Below, in pieces: positions 54,514-63,212 of a stretch of DNA of 64,000 nt. Within the stretch, counting starts at the first letter, position 1, and every line of letters begins with the position of its first letter. The stretch is from positions 4,035 to 68,034 of IMG/VR virus record IMGVR_UViG_3300042896_001274; one strand, written 5' to 3'. Source of the stretch: a virus. The notes under the pieces were generated by a model. That model had not been told where the DNA came from, did not search any database, and saw only the letters and a list, made by a program, of their open reading frames with translations. The position numbers were made by a program, and so were the translations under genes.

Positions 54514-55104
54514 TCACTGATCGTCTTCGATCGAATCTGTTTCAGAAACGAATCCCCAGTCACCGCGCATCCATGCTCTCATTTCCTCTTGGGTAACACG
54601 AGCATGAGCCTCATTAAGGTTGCTAGACTTACGGTTACGAGATTCCCCAATTGGCATATCCATTCCGACAGGTTCGACTGCGGATGAAACTTCTTGGTGG
54701 GATCTCATTTCCTCATCACCCATGAGGTAACCATGGACCTGCTGAAGGTTTTCATGAGCCACTGCAACATGGTCCTGAACCCAAGCAGGAAGTTGGTCCT
54801 CAGAATCAAGAAGACCACAGACGTCTTCTGCCATCTTTTTCATGGAAGCCATACGAGACTTGACCATGTATCCTTCATCATCGTGTGGATGGCCTTCGTC
54901 TGATCCATGGAGGAATTCTTGGTGATCGTGTCCTGGTTCTGGCATGGCATCGCCAGAGACATAACCTAAGTCACCATTCTTCCACGCAGCAATTTCATCC
55001 TCTGTGATTCTTGTCATTGCCTCGGAAAGGTTCTTCTTGCCTGAAGTAGCCTTTTTGACTTCTTCACGGATGATGTTGCGTAGTTGTGATGGTGTTAGTT
55101 TCAT
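54514..55104 (-). CDS. tagged protein (MKLTPSQLRNIIREE) with duplicated internal peptide
   Basis: Tag; two NLxE-A..R.T..E..AW..GD.G.VS repeats. Confidence 0.75.
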   Translation of the reverse strand: MKLTPSQLRNIIREEVKKATSGKKNLSEAMTRITEDEIAAWKNGDLGYVSGDAMPEPGHDHQEFLHGSDEGHPHDDEGYMVKSRMASMKKMAEDVCGLLDSEDQLPAWVQDHVAVAHENLQQVHGYLMGDEEMRSHQEVSSAVEPVGMDMPIGESRNRKSSNLNEAHARVTQEEMRAWMRGDWGFVSETDSIEDDQ

Positions 55105-55493
55105 TTTTTATCTCTTATATTTTTAGTTGTTTTCTCTGCTTTTGCGATTGCCTTTTTTTTCGGTAATCCTGATGCCATCATACGAGATGCCATAACATCG
55201 GTAAAATCTTCTTTACCATCTCCTGTTACGTCTTTTTCTTCAGATTCAGTCATTTCTTGATTATCTTCTTCTTTAATCAAGTCGCACATTCCCTGTGATT
55301 CAATCATGATTGCTTCGCAAACTTGATCTACGGTAAGTCCGGATGCAAGGTAAGTATCAGCAAAATATCTTAAAGCATTACTTAAACCTTCTAGAGCATC
55401 TAGTTTGCTCTCCGTGAGAAACAACTCGTTGCTTACTTCTTCTTTAATGATCTTACGTAGCTGATTAACTGTAATTTTCATGTCGTTCCTCAT
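55101..55493 (-). CDS. tagged protein (MKITVNQLRKIIKEE)
   Basis: Tag from 55481; LTE site; DVTGDGKED.TD calcium-binding-like loop. Confidence 0.72.
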   Translation of the reverse strand: MRNDMKITVNQLRKIIKEEVSNELFLTESKLDALEGLSNALRYFADTYLASGLTVDQVCEAIMIESQGMCDLIKEEDNQEMTESEEKDVTGDGKEDFTDVMASRMMASGLPKKKAIAKAEKTTKNIRDKK

Positions 55494-55723
55494 GGTCTAG
55501 ATGGATATACACCTTCAACACAGATTATTGTCTTTAATCCATTAACTTCTGCGATCTTTGGAAGATTGAAAGTATGGACACCGTCTCCACCAAATCTATT
55601 TCCGAGTAGAGAGAACAATGCTGCATACTGTTGTGTTTGTAATGTAGAACCGTCACAAGACATCCAGCCCTGAGGAACAAAGCTTCCCGCGAAGTACATG
55701 ATTGTTGCTAACATTGGATCCAT
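55490..55723 (-). CDS. phage tail-collar domain protein
   Basis: I.YFAG.F.P.GW..CDG..L....Y.ALFSLLG..FGGDG..TF.LP. Confidence 0.85.
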   Translation of the reverse strand: MDPMLATIMYFAGSFVPQGWMSCDGSTLQTQQYAALFSLLGNRFGGDGVHTFNLPKIAEVNGLKTIICVEGVYPSRP

Positions 55724-55733
55724 GATAAATTCC

Positions 55734-56297
55734 TCAGACTAGTGGTTTAGAGATTCTCTGCTTCAAGAGGTAGATATGACCTTCGTGAGTATCGGCAATT
55801 CCCTGGAGCATGTTGGAAAGACCGTTGGTCATCAGTCCGCATTCTTCTAGTGAAGATATCATGACATCAATGACCTTGAGGAAGTTCATTTCGGCCATCA
55901 ATGATTTTCGAGCGAGGTCTGAAGACTTTGGAATCATTGATGCTCCGCCTGAACCAGAGATGAGCTTGAGGACCTGAGAATTTTGAAGAGCTAGATCAAC
56001 GTTTGCTGTGCTTCCAAGACCGATAGCCTTTTCTGCAAGACCGTCAATCTCTTCTACCGTTGCTCCATAGAGACGCTGGAATAGTTGATGATCTCCGTAG
56101 AATGGATCTCCCATTGTTGTCCAATGATGATTCTGATGAAGAGCATAAAGATACTTAAGATGAACTAACAACACTGAAAGTTGTGGGTAAGAAATCCCAC
56201 CCCACTCTGCCATCATGTTGTCTGTGATGATGTTTGTATTTGGTTCAACGGTAAGAATAAATTCCATTGATTCAGTTAGTTTCTTCTTTCTCATCAC
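55734..56297 (-). CDS. Dps/ferritin-like protein
   Basis: HHW...G..FYGDH.LF..LY...EIDGLAEK...HE...Y.L. Confidence 0.8.
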   Translation of the reverse strand: MMRKKKLTESMEFILTVEPNTNIITDNMMAEWGGISYPQLSVLLVHLKYLYALHQNHHWTTMGDPFYGDHQLFQRLYGATVEEIDGLAEKAIGLGSTANVDLALQNSQVLKLISGSGGASMIPKSSDLARKSLMAEMNFLKVIDVMISSLEECGLMTNGLSNMLQGIADTHEGHIYLLKQRISKPLV

Positions 56298-57364
56298 TTT
56301 AGCTCCACTTTAAAAGTAATCTTGTTCATGGCTTCAGGATGATTATCCCACCTGAGCTTAAAAGGTTCTCCCATCATCTTTTGTTTATCGTTCCAATGGT
56401 CTACAAAAGTGTCGAGAGCGATCTCATCAATTCTGCGTGGGGATGAATTGTGGGTAAGCATGCAAGAAACTGGTATCTTGTTCAAAGACAGACCTTCTCG
56501 AATTTTGTACTTCATGATTCCGGGAGGAAGAGTTGCATAACGAATATTAAAAACCTCGTTGCAACGATCAATGAATTCTTTTGGAGACAAATTTTCGCCG
56601 ATAAGATCGTCAATTGGGTCTTCTGCAATTTCAGATTCCGAGATCAATCTTTGAAGGCTTTCATTAATTCCAAGCTCTTTTGCCCTTGCTTGATCATATG
56701 TTGAAAGAAGAGAATCCATCTTTTGCATCAGCTTTACAGCATCAACATTAACCCTTGTTGATGAACGAACAGAAGAACAATATTGCTTTACTGCAGAAGT
56801 TTTCCAAGTCGTATCTAAAGTTCGGCCGTAATCTTGAATCAACTTACGAGCAACTCCGTCATACCACTCCTCGCTTAACATGTCTTCATCTTTAGAAGAG
56901 GCCGCGGCTTCGAGGGCAGAAACTTTGTCCTTTTTCTTTTCTTCAAAGAGATCATTTAAAGCTACGTCATTTGGAAACTTGCGGAGAGCCTCTTTGATCA
57001 TTTTTGCTGATGATTTTTTTGCTGCTGCAATCCTAACGGAAGCATTGCGGTCAAGCAATAAAGATGACGCAACACTTTCTGGGAGGATTCTGGCCACGAA
57101 TTTTCTGACGTCTGCAGATTCATGATTCACCATTCCTAATGCAACTTTATCAGAAAAGTGCACTGTGTCTAAGTGTCCTTTGTATTCAAGAACATCCAAA
57201 TGTTCATTTGCAGCTTCAACGAGAGATCCAAGGGTGTTACCGACAATCACCGAAGGTCCAAAGACTTTCTTAATCTCATCGCAAAAAGCATCACTATGCT
57301 TTTTTTCCTGTAATGTCTCTTTGACGACTTGTTGTAGATCAGATAACTTCAAGCGCATGGGCAA
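56294..57364 (-). CDS. tagged protein with HEAT-like repeats
   Basis: MRLKLSDLQQVVKE; VRKFVAR...DRNASVRIAAA; ATAGTTA at 57378-57384. Confidence 0.7.
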   Translation of the reverse strand: MPMRLKLSDLQQVVKETLQEKKHSDAFCDEIKKVFGPSVIVGNTLGSLVEAANEHLDVLEYKGHLDTVHFSDKVALGMVNHESADVRKFVARILPESVASSLLLDRNASVRIAAAKKSSAKMIKEALRKFPNDVALNDLFEEKKKDKVSALEAAASSKDEDMLSEEWYDGVARKLIQDYGRTLDTTWKTSAVKQYCSSVRSSTRVNVDAVKLMQKMDSLLSTYDQARAKELGINESLQRLISESEIAEDPIDDLIGENLSPKEFIDRCNEVFNIRYATLPPGIMKYKIREGLSLNKIPVSCMLTHNSSPRRIDEIALDTFVDHWNDKQKMMGEPFKLRWDNHPEAMNKITFKVELK

Positions 57365-57422
57365 AAAACTCCTAGCATAACTATTCTCAACAATAACACT
57401 TTTTGTGTCAGTTGATTAATAT

Positions 57423-57953
57423 TTAAATGTTCACAAATATTGACCAGTCATCGTGCCACACAGATGACTTAGATAAATCCCAAAAATGTAAGGCCGATGG
57501 TTCAATTGGTTTTTTAGAAAGACGCATTCCAACCTCTTCTAGGGTCTTCCAGCCTTTCTTTCTGTTACATGCTTTACATGCAGCAACACAGTTTTGCCAT
57601 GTTGTAGGTCCACCCTTACAAACTGGAATTATATGATCAACTGTTATTGCAGAATAGCTCAATTCTATTCCGCAATACTGACATTTCCAAGAATCCCTAT
57701 TAAAAAGTACTCTCTTTTGAAAACGAGCCTGTTTGCGATCTATCCTTCGAATGATATAATTCTTTAATCTTAAGACAGCAGGTAACTTAAAGTTTGAAGA
57801 ACATGTTTTGTATTCTTCTTCCCAATATGAAGGTTGGCCTGTTAACCCAGATTGTGGGTCAGCCCGACCACTGAGCATCAACTTGATTGCTCTAACTTCG
57901 GTGATGAACTGTAATGGTTCACCGTTCGAGTTCAACAGTAGTGATCTCTTCAT
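57423..57953 (-). CDS. HNH endonuclease
   Basis: LLLN...EPL, RD.WKCQYCG, TVDHIIP..KGG..W.N.VAAC..CN..K. Confidence 0.9.
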   Translation of the reverse strand: MKRSLLLNSNGEPLQFITEVRAIKLMLSGRADPQSGLTGQPSYWEEEYKTCSSNFKLPAVLRLKNYIIRRIDRKQARFQKRVLFNRDSWKCQYCGIELSYSAITVDHIIPVCKGGPTTWQNCVAACKACNRKKGWKTLEEVGMRLSKKPIEPSALHFWDLSKSSVWHDDWSIFVNI

Positions 57954-57969
57954 GGCCGCACTAATATAA

Positions 57970-58803
57970 TTAGATCGATATTGAACTTGCCAACTGCGGA
58001 TTCCCATAAATTGCACGGCCAACTTTCACATTTAAGTTATTAAGAAGATCGTCATCGTAATGACTATGAGCATGTCCTGATAACACTGTAAATTTGATAT
58101 GGGGATATGCCTTGGCCGCAGCTAATAATGTATCACCCATCAATTTACATGTGTACCACGGAAGAACATCATTCACCGACATCCCAACATATTTCTCCAT
58201 TGCATTAAACGATTCTTTGAATGGAGGAACATGAGTCATCACAATGATGTGATTGCTATCCTTGACTACGGCTTTAATTCCATTTGCAACGTGATTTGCT
58301 GCCTGTTGGGCCAACTTACAAGAAATTTCAATAATCACACGCTTGTTAAAAATTTGTCCCCCAAAGGCTCCTCTCAATGCGGCATTAAAATCAGATATTT
58401 TAATCCAGTCATTCATCAATAATGCATTGCTATGAGGATTACCATTCTGCCCATCATACCATCCATCATGCCCAACAAGACTGACGCCAGGACTCAATCT
58501 TATGAAAGGTACACTAGACATGTACCTCAAATAAGAGGACGATTTACAAAAATCATTTACCACGTGCCGAACTGTTCCAAAATTTGAACCATAATAATCA
58601 TGATTTCCCAAAACAAAATAAATCTGTTTTTCAAGAGTCATTTCCAATAATGATAAATGTTGCAAAATCATGTTTGAAACAGATATGTCACCAGTGATAA
58701 GAACAGCGTCTGCATCTCTAGATGCATTGGCGATAGATCGAACTTTATTAATCGTATCACCAGTCATATCAAGATGAATGTCTGTCGCCCATGCTAATCG
58801 CAT
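57970..58803 (-). CDS. calcineurin-like metallophosphoesterase
   Basis: TDIHL, TGDI, GNHD, THVPP, GHAH. Confidence 0.9.
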   Translation of the reverse strand: MRLAWATDIHLDMTGDTINKVRSIANASRDADAVLITGDISVSNMILQHLSLLEMTLEKQIYFVLGNHDYYGSNFGTVRHVVNDFCKSSSYLRYMSSVPFIRLSPGVSLVGHDGWYDGQNGNPHSNALLMNDWIKISDFNAALRGAFGGQIFNKRVIIEISCKLAQQAANHVANGIKAVVKDSNHIIVMTHVPPFKESFNAMEKYVGMSVNDVLPWYTCKLMGDTLLAAAKAYPHIKFTVLSGHAHSHYDDDLLNNLNVKVGRAIYGNPQLASSISI

Positions 58804-59231
58804 CTAATAATTCCTAACTTTGTCTTACGCTCATCATCACAATTACCACAAAGCGTTTTAATCCATCCACCGCCACGCGGCTCGCCTGGACAACCACAAT
58901 TCTCACAGGTTCTATGAGTCATAGATTCAGCCATGGAAACCATTCCTTCGACGGCTTCATCTCCACCATGATAATAAAATCTTAGTGTGCCGTACTTCTC
59001 TTTTACCTGATCAGCAACGACTTGTATCAATTCGCGCTCTTCATCAGGAAGGTCCTTATATTTCCAATCAATGTGATGTTGAATCTCATGGCAAAGTATG
59101 TCGATGATATCGAACCACCCAGAATCACACTCAAAGCCCCACGCCATGCAAGTATCCATGATCGAACCGTCTCGATTCTTGAAAATCTTTGGATATTTTT
59201 GGCAAAGAATCTTGTCTTCTTCTTCAGTCAT
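58794..59231 (-). CDS. conserved hypothetical phage protein
   Basis: GW..I, QVKEKYGTLRFY, CENCG, LC..C. Confidence 0.75.
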   Translation of the reverse strand: MTEEEDKILCQKYPKIFKNRDGSIMDTCMAWGFECDSGWFDIIDILCHEIQHHIDWKYKDLPDEERELIQVVADQVKEKYGTLRFYYHGGDEAVEGMVSMAESMTHRTCENCGCPGEPRGGGWIKTLCGNCDDERKTKLGIIRCD

Positions 59232-59254
59232 ACTATGAATAATAGTACAAACTA

Positions 59255-59286
59255 TTCGGCGCTTTTACAAACGTAAAAGCGCCGAA
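59255..59286. terminator. perfect 14-bp hairpin, probable terminator
   Basis: TTCGGCGCTTTTAC-AAAC-GTAAAAGCGCCGAA, intergenic. Confidence 0.7.
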
Positions 59287-59314
59287 AATTAAAAACGAAT
59301 ATGTAATTTTAGGT

Positions 59315-59821
59315 TCAGCCGCCCAAGCCAGCAATTCCCATCAATTCTGAAGTAAGAATTGTTGAAGCTAAAGACTTAGCTTCATCTTCACTCATACCAG
59401 CAGAAACAAGTTGTTTAATTCCAGTTGCTAATGCCTTTTGAACGTCAGATTTAAGAGAATTCTTGAATGATTCTTGTGCCGCTTGTGCTGCAGCTTTTAG
59501 AGTCTCATCCTTGATTTGATTGACAAAGTTAGAAACATCTCCAGCTGCCTTAGCTGCACCTGCTGCTGCTGATTTGACAGCTGCAACTGCAGGAGCTAAA
59601 GCTTTACCAGCTGCATCGCCAAGCTTACCTCCTGCCGCGCCAGCACCACCCTTTAAAGCTGCAAATCCAGCTTTTATAGAATCCCAAAGACCCTCATCAA
59701 GAACTTGTTCCGCCAAATAATTGGCTCTTGCTTCTGTCATTAGTGTGCCAGCTGCAGCTGGTGTGACTCTAAGGTATTCTTCCTTAATGATTTGTTGTAA
59801 TTGCTTTTTAGTAATTTGCAT
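59315..59821 (-). CDS. tagged Ala-rich protein (MQITKKQLQQIIKEE)
   Basis: Tag; MTE and LDE-GLWD sites; ATATTTA at 59846-59852; AGGAG Shine-Dalgarno. Confidence 0.75.
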   Translation of the reverse strand: MQITKKQLQQIIKEEYLRVTPAAAGTLMTEARANYLAEQVLDEGLWDSIKAGFAALKGGAGAAGGKLGDAAGKALAPAVAAVKSAAAGAAKAAGDVSNFVNQIKDETLKAAAQAAQESFKNSLKSDVQKALATGIKQLVSAGMSEDEAKSLASTILTSELMGIAGLGG

Positions 59822-59871
59822 GGTTTTTCTCCTAAATCGTACAATTAAATATAATTGTCTATGAATAAAAA

Positions 59872-59896
59872 TAAAAAAGCCCGAAATAATCGGGCT
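59872..59896 (-). terminator. intrinsic terminator after hsp20
   Basis: AGCCCGA-TTATT-TCGGGCT-TTTTT on the minus strand. Confidence 0.8.
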
Positions 59897-59927
59897 AATA
59901 AGACTTAACTACCTACGATTTTTATTT

Positions 59928-60293
59928 TTAAGTTTCAATATTAATTTTTCTAACAGCGCATTCAGGATGTTTCTTCGGTAACGTAACACTTAATAAGCCA
60001 TTTTCAAGTTTTGCTGTAATCGAAGATTCATCAATTGAAGACTTTAAAGAATAAACGTAAGTAAACTCTTTACCATGACGAGATTTTCCTGTCACCTTTA
60101 ACGTTTTACTTTCTAACGTAATTTCTATATCTTCAACTTTTACTCCAGGAAGTTCAATTTTAATTCCTTCTTCATCGATAACGTTTGGTTTGTGACGATA
60201 ATTTTTTCTATCCAGATCATCTAAAATACCAAAAACATCAAAAAGATTGTGAGTAGGAAGATGAACAGCATCAAAATACCATCTAGGCATCAT
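59928..60293 (-). CDS. small heat shock protein (Hsp20)
   Basis: ELPGV..EDI.I, L.V.G, I.AKLENGLL.VTLPK. Confidence 0.9.
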   Translation of the reverse strand: MMPRWYFDAVHLPTHNLFDVFGILDDLDRKNYRHKPNVIDEEGIKIELPGVKVEDIEITLESKTLKVTGKSRHGKEFTYVYSLKSSIDESSITAKLENGLLSVTLPKKHPECAVRKINIET

Positions 60294-60382
60294 TAAATTT
60301 CTCCTTGTTGATTATACGGCGTTTACCGTTACAAGAAGATGATAATCATTGATTTAATTTTGAAAAGGGGAGAACATACATT

Positions 60383-60751
60383 TTAATAACCACTTTCGAT
60401 CCGAGTGATGTTGACATTTCCTTTCTTCATGTATGAAGCATGAAGTTCTTCGAGAGAAACGCCACTTAATATCGCAATTTCAAAGAAATAATGAAGCGCA
60501 TCGACTAGCTCTTCTACATAACCGTCCCTATCAAAATCATCAACATCAGTTGCACGATGATCTTTAGAATTCTTCAACATCTGGTTGGCTTCGAACAACT
60601 CATGCATACATTCATGCGTGATACCTTTGAGAAGCTTTTGTCCAGATTTCGATGTCATATCAACTGGAAATTTAGTAAAATCGCGTCGTTCTTGAAGAAG
60701 CTCCATAAACTTCTTCTGCTGTTCCCACATCTCTTGTAGCTTGTCCATCAT
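60383..60751 (-). CDS. all-alpha NTP pyrophosphatase (dimeric dUTPase / T4 gp56 dCTPase / MazG-like)
   Basis: E..E...K.H...EELVDALHYF...Y..K..VN..R...GY. Confidence 0.8.
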   Translation of the reverse strand: MMDKLQEMWEQQKKFMELLQERRDFTKFPVDMTSKSGQKLLKGITHECMHELFEANQMLKNSKDHRATDVDDFDRDGYVEELVDALHYFFEIAILSGVSLEELHASYMKKGNVNITRIESGY

Positions 60752-60825
60752 TCATCATCCTTGATGTAAAAGAAACGAAGGATCACCAGGGTGGTGAACA
60801 AGATGAACATCACCCCGGTAGCCAT
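60748..60825 (-). CDS. 25-aa single-TM peptide
   Basis: Manual translation MATGVMFILFTTLVILRFFYIKDDE; ATGA overlap with the next gene. Confidence 0.45.
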   Translation of the reverse strand: MATGVMFILFTTLVILRFFYIKDDE

Positions 60826-60826
60826 C

Positions 60827-61090
60827 TCAATTCTCAAAGATCAACTTTGGAAGTTCAGACGTAGATTCTGTTTGCGTCTTTAACTTCTCTGCATCTTGAA
60901 GATACTTCTTATGCATCTCAATAACCTGTGCCTCATACTGAGGACACAACGTAACTGTGTCCGGACTAGCCTCATCTACAACAAGCCGTACCTGCCTCAT
61001 GAGATCTGCTCCGTCAAGCCCCATTAGAACGGCCTCTTGAAAGATCTGAATAAAACGCATTGCAACTGAATCTGAAATTTTGTAACTCAT
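60827..61090 (-). CDS. hypothetical protein
   Basis: 87-aa ORF; TAAGAT-N6-ATG. Confidence 0.7.
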   Translation of the reverse strand: MSYKISDSVAMRFIQIFQEAVLMGLDGADLMRQVRLVVDEASPDTVTLCPQYEAQVIEMHKKYLQDAEKLKTQTESTSELPKLIFEN

Positions 61091-61122
61091 GTTATGATCT
61101 TACATTCAAATTTATTGTTGTA

Positions 61123-62064
61123 TCAACCCATCGAAAAGTCAAATGATACTTCGCAAGTATCTGCATTCATATTGCATTGAGCACCAATTGGAATTGGAGC
61201 AACTACGGATCCATGAGAAAACGGGTGTCCAAAACAACAAGGAACGCCATCTGAAAAATACTTTTGAACAGCATCTTCAACACTGATCTTTGAGTCTTTA
61301 CCAGAATCTTGAAATTCGCCAATAACAAACCCAGACACTGTTTCCATGACACCCGCAAGTTGTAGGTGTAAAAACTCACGATCTAAAACAGTTCCACCCT
61401 TGTGGACATCCTCAATAAACACAATCGTTCCTTGAAGATCATGTATGTGAGGAGTTCCAAATAACCGCGTAAACGTATCTAAGTTTCCTCCTACCGCAAT
61501 CCCAGATGCAGTACCAGGTGAAACAGTTCTCGGAATGTTGATAGCCTTATCAAAAGGTTGAGAACCCCAAGGCTGATCTGACATCATCAATCTTAAGGTG
61601 TGAAAAAATGATTCTGCTTCATTCTTTCGAACTTGTTCTCCTCTGTCGACATGAATGCTTGGCGTCTGACCATTGATACTAATCAATCCTGCATGAGTTA
61701 ATAGTCCAGTATTAAGAGCAGTTATGTCAGATCGACCAAGAAATGGTTTTCTGCTGGACCTAATCATGTCATAATCTAAATGAGGAAGTAGTGCCGCAGA
61801 ACCCTCACCTCCTAATGCACAAATCACTCCAGAAATTTCAGGTGCACCAAATGCCCAATTAAGCTCATCCACCCTGTCTTTTAATGGTGCAGAAGAACAA
61901 CCTTCAGTTCTAAGATTCTTAACACAAGGTCCAAGAATAGGAATTAATCCAGCCTCACGAAGGATGTCAAGACCTTCCATTAACCGATCTGAGTGAATTG
62001 GTGATGCTGGTGCTACAATAGCAACCCTGGACCCTCTACGAAGTTTTCTTGGTGCAAGATACAT
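61123..62064 (-). CDS. LD-carboxypeptidase (peptidase S66)
   Basis: IVAPAS, R.DEL..AF, GGEG, GRSDIT (Ser), GGNL, IED, FSHG (His). Confidence 0.87.
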   Translation of the reverse strand: MYLAPRKLRRGSRVAIVAPASPIHSDRLMEGLDILREAGLIPILGPCVKNLRTEGCSSAPLKDRVDELNWAFGAPEISGVICALGGEGSAALLPHLDYDMIRSSRKPFLGRSDITALNTGLLTHAGLISINGQTPSIHVDRGEQVRKNEAESFFHTLRLMMSDQPWGSQPFDKAINIPRTVSPGTASGIAVGGNLDTFTRLFGTPHIHDLQGTIVFIEDVHKGGTVLDREFLHLQLAGVMETVSGFVIGEFQDSGKDSKISVEDAVQKYFSDGVPCCFGHPFSHGSVVAPIPIGAQCNMNADTCEVSFDFSMG

Positions 62065-62076
62065 GATGTTTAAATA

Positions 62077-62682
62077 TCAATATCGAGGAAGTATTCTTTT
62101 TTCTTGCAAAGTTCGATGGATATTAACTGCAATGGCTTTTTTATCCTGCTGACAATCAATCAATTTCGTTGATTGAGGGTTTTCAATGGCCCATTTGGCA
62201 TATTCTAATCTTACTTGTTTCTGTAAGGATGAATCGGCTTCATACGAATCTTCTGCTTCATGAGCATGCGCTGCGCCATGAAGAATGATGGTAAAATCAG
62301 GCTCTCTCAACTTCTTTGCAAGTCCAACCGTATATTCTTTAGAAACTCCCTCAGCAGCTCCGTACACGATCGTTGACAAGCTCCACCTATCCATAATGAT
62401 AAAATCGTAGTACCTCTCCAAAGAAGGCAAAGTGAACACCTGAAAAATCTTTCTATTCATGTATTGAAACCATTGAAAGACTTTTGGAAACTTTTTTGCA
62501 AGGCCATTCTTGAGCATCCAATAAATGATCCGATAAGTTAACACTGAACGAATAGGAACCTCTATCACCGTTGCCAACATACCATACTTCATCACCGTCT
62601 CTTTCAAAAGACGAGTCTGCGTCTGTTTACCTACTCTATCCGGCCCTTCAATCACAACAATCTTTGACATCATTTTTCCCAA
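62077..62682 (-). CDS. tmk: thymidylate kinase
   Basis: IEGPDRVGKQTQ, IMDRW..S..VYG, PD.TI.L. Confidence 0.82.
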   Translation of the reverse strand: MGKMMSKIVVIEGPDRVGKQTQTRLLKETVMKYGMLATVIEVPIRSVLTYRIIYWMLKNGLAKKFPKVFQWFQYMNRKIFQVFTLPSLERYYDFIIMDRWSLSTIVYGAAEGVSKEYTVGLAKKLREPDFTIILHGAAHAHEAEDSYEADSSLQKQVRLEYAKWAIENPQSTKLIDCQQDKKAIAVNIHRTLQEKRILPRY

Positions 62683-63212
62683 TAAACGGTTTCGCCACGC
62701 AAATAATTTTTGAGGTTTTCTTTTGCAACTTCATTCGTGAAGTGTTTGTCTTTATACAAAACAAAGTTATTAGGCAAAAGAGCAAATTGGCCATTTTTAA
62801 GCTCAATTAAGTTCAATGGTTTATGTTCAGATGGGTATCTTGAATATCCATCTACCCAATCAAACATCATTCCAGTATGCCTGCCAAATGACTTGATTGG
62901 TTTGATAGTTTCACATTCTAATCCTTCAAGGTACTTCGCATGAAAAACATCCATATCATCACCCATTGCTGCCCATGGCATCAGTTGCTCTCTTTCTAAA
63001 GAGAAATCCAATGTTGTGGACACAGCATGCAAAGGCAATCCGCTCCAATGAGCACCAGACTCGAGAAAAACGTGACACATCAAAGTCTGATATTCACGAC
63101 AATATGAACTATGCCAAATCGCGGGCGTGGCTCCTTCAGGCATATTAGGTCCTAAAAATTTGTTATTAACGTTTACGTACAAATGAAATGAAAGATTAAC
63201 ATTTCTACTCAT
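62670..63212 (-). CDS. conserved hypothetical phage protein
   Basis: GA.W..LP.HA...PW...EHK....L.NGQFAL.PNN. Confidence 0.7.
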   Translation of the reverse strand: MSRNVNLSFHLYVNVNNKFLGPNMPEGATPAIWHSSYCREYQTLMCHVFLESGAHWSGLPLHAVSTTLDFSLEREQLMPWAAMGDDMDVFHAKYLEGLECETIKPIKSFGRHTGMMFDWVDGYSRYPSEHKPLNLIELKNGQFALLPNNFVLYKDKHFTNEVAKENLKNYLRGETVYWEK

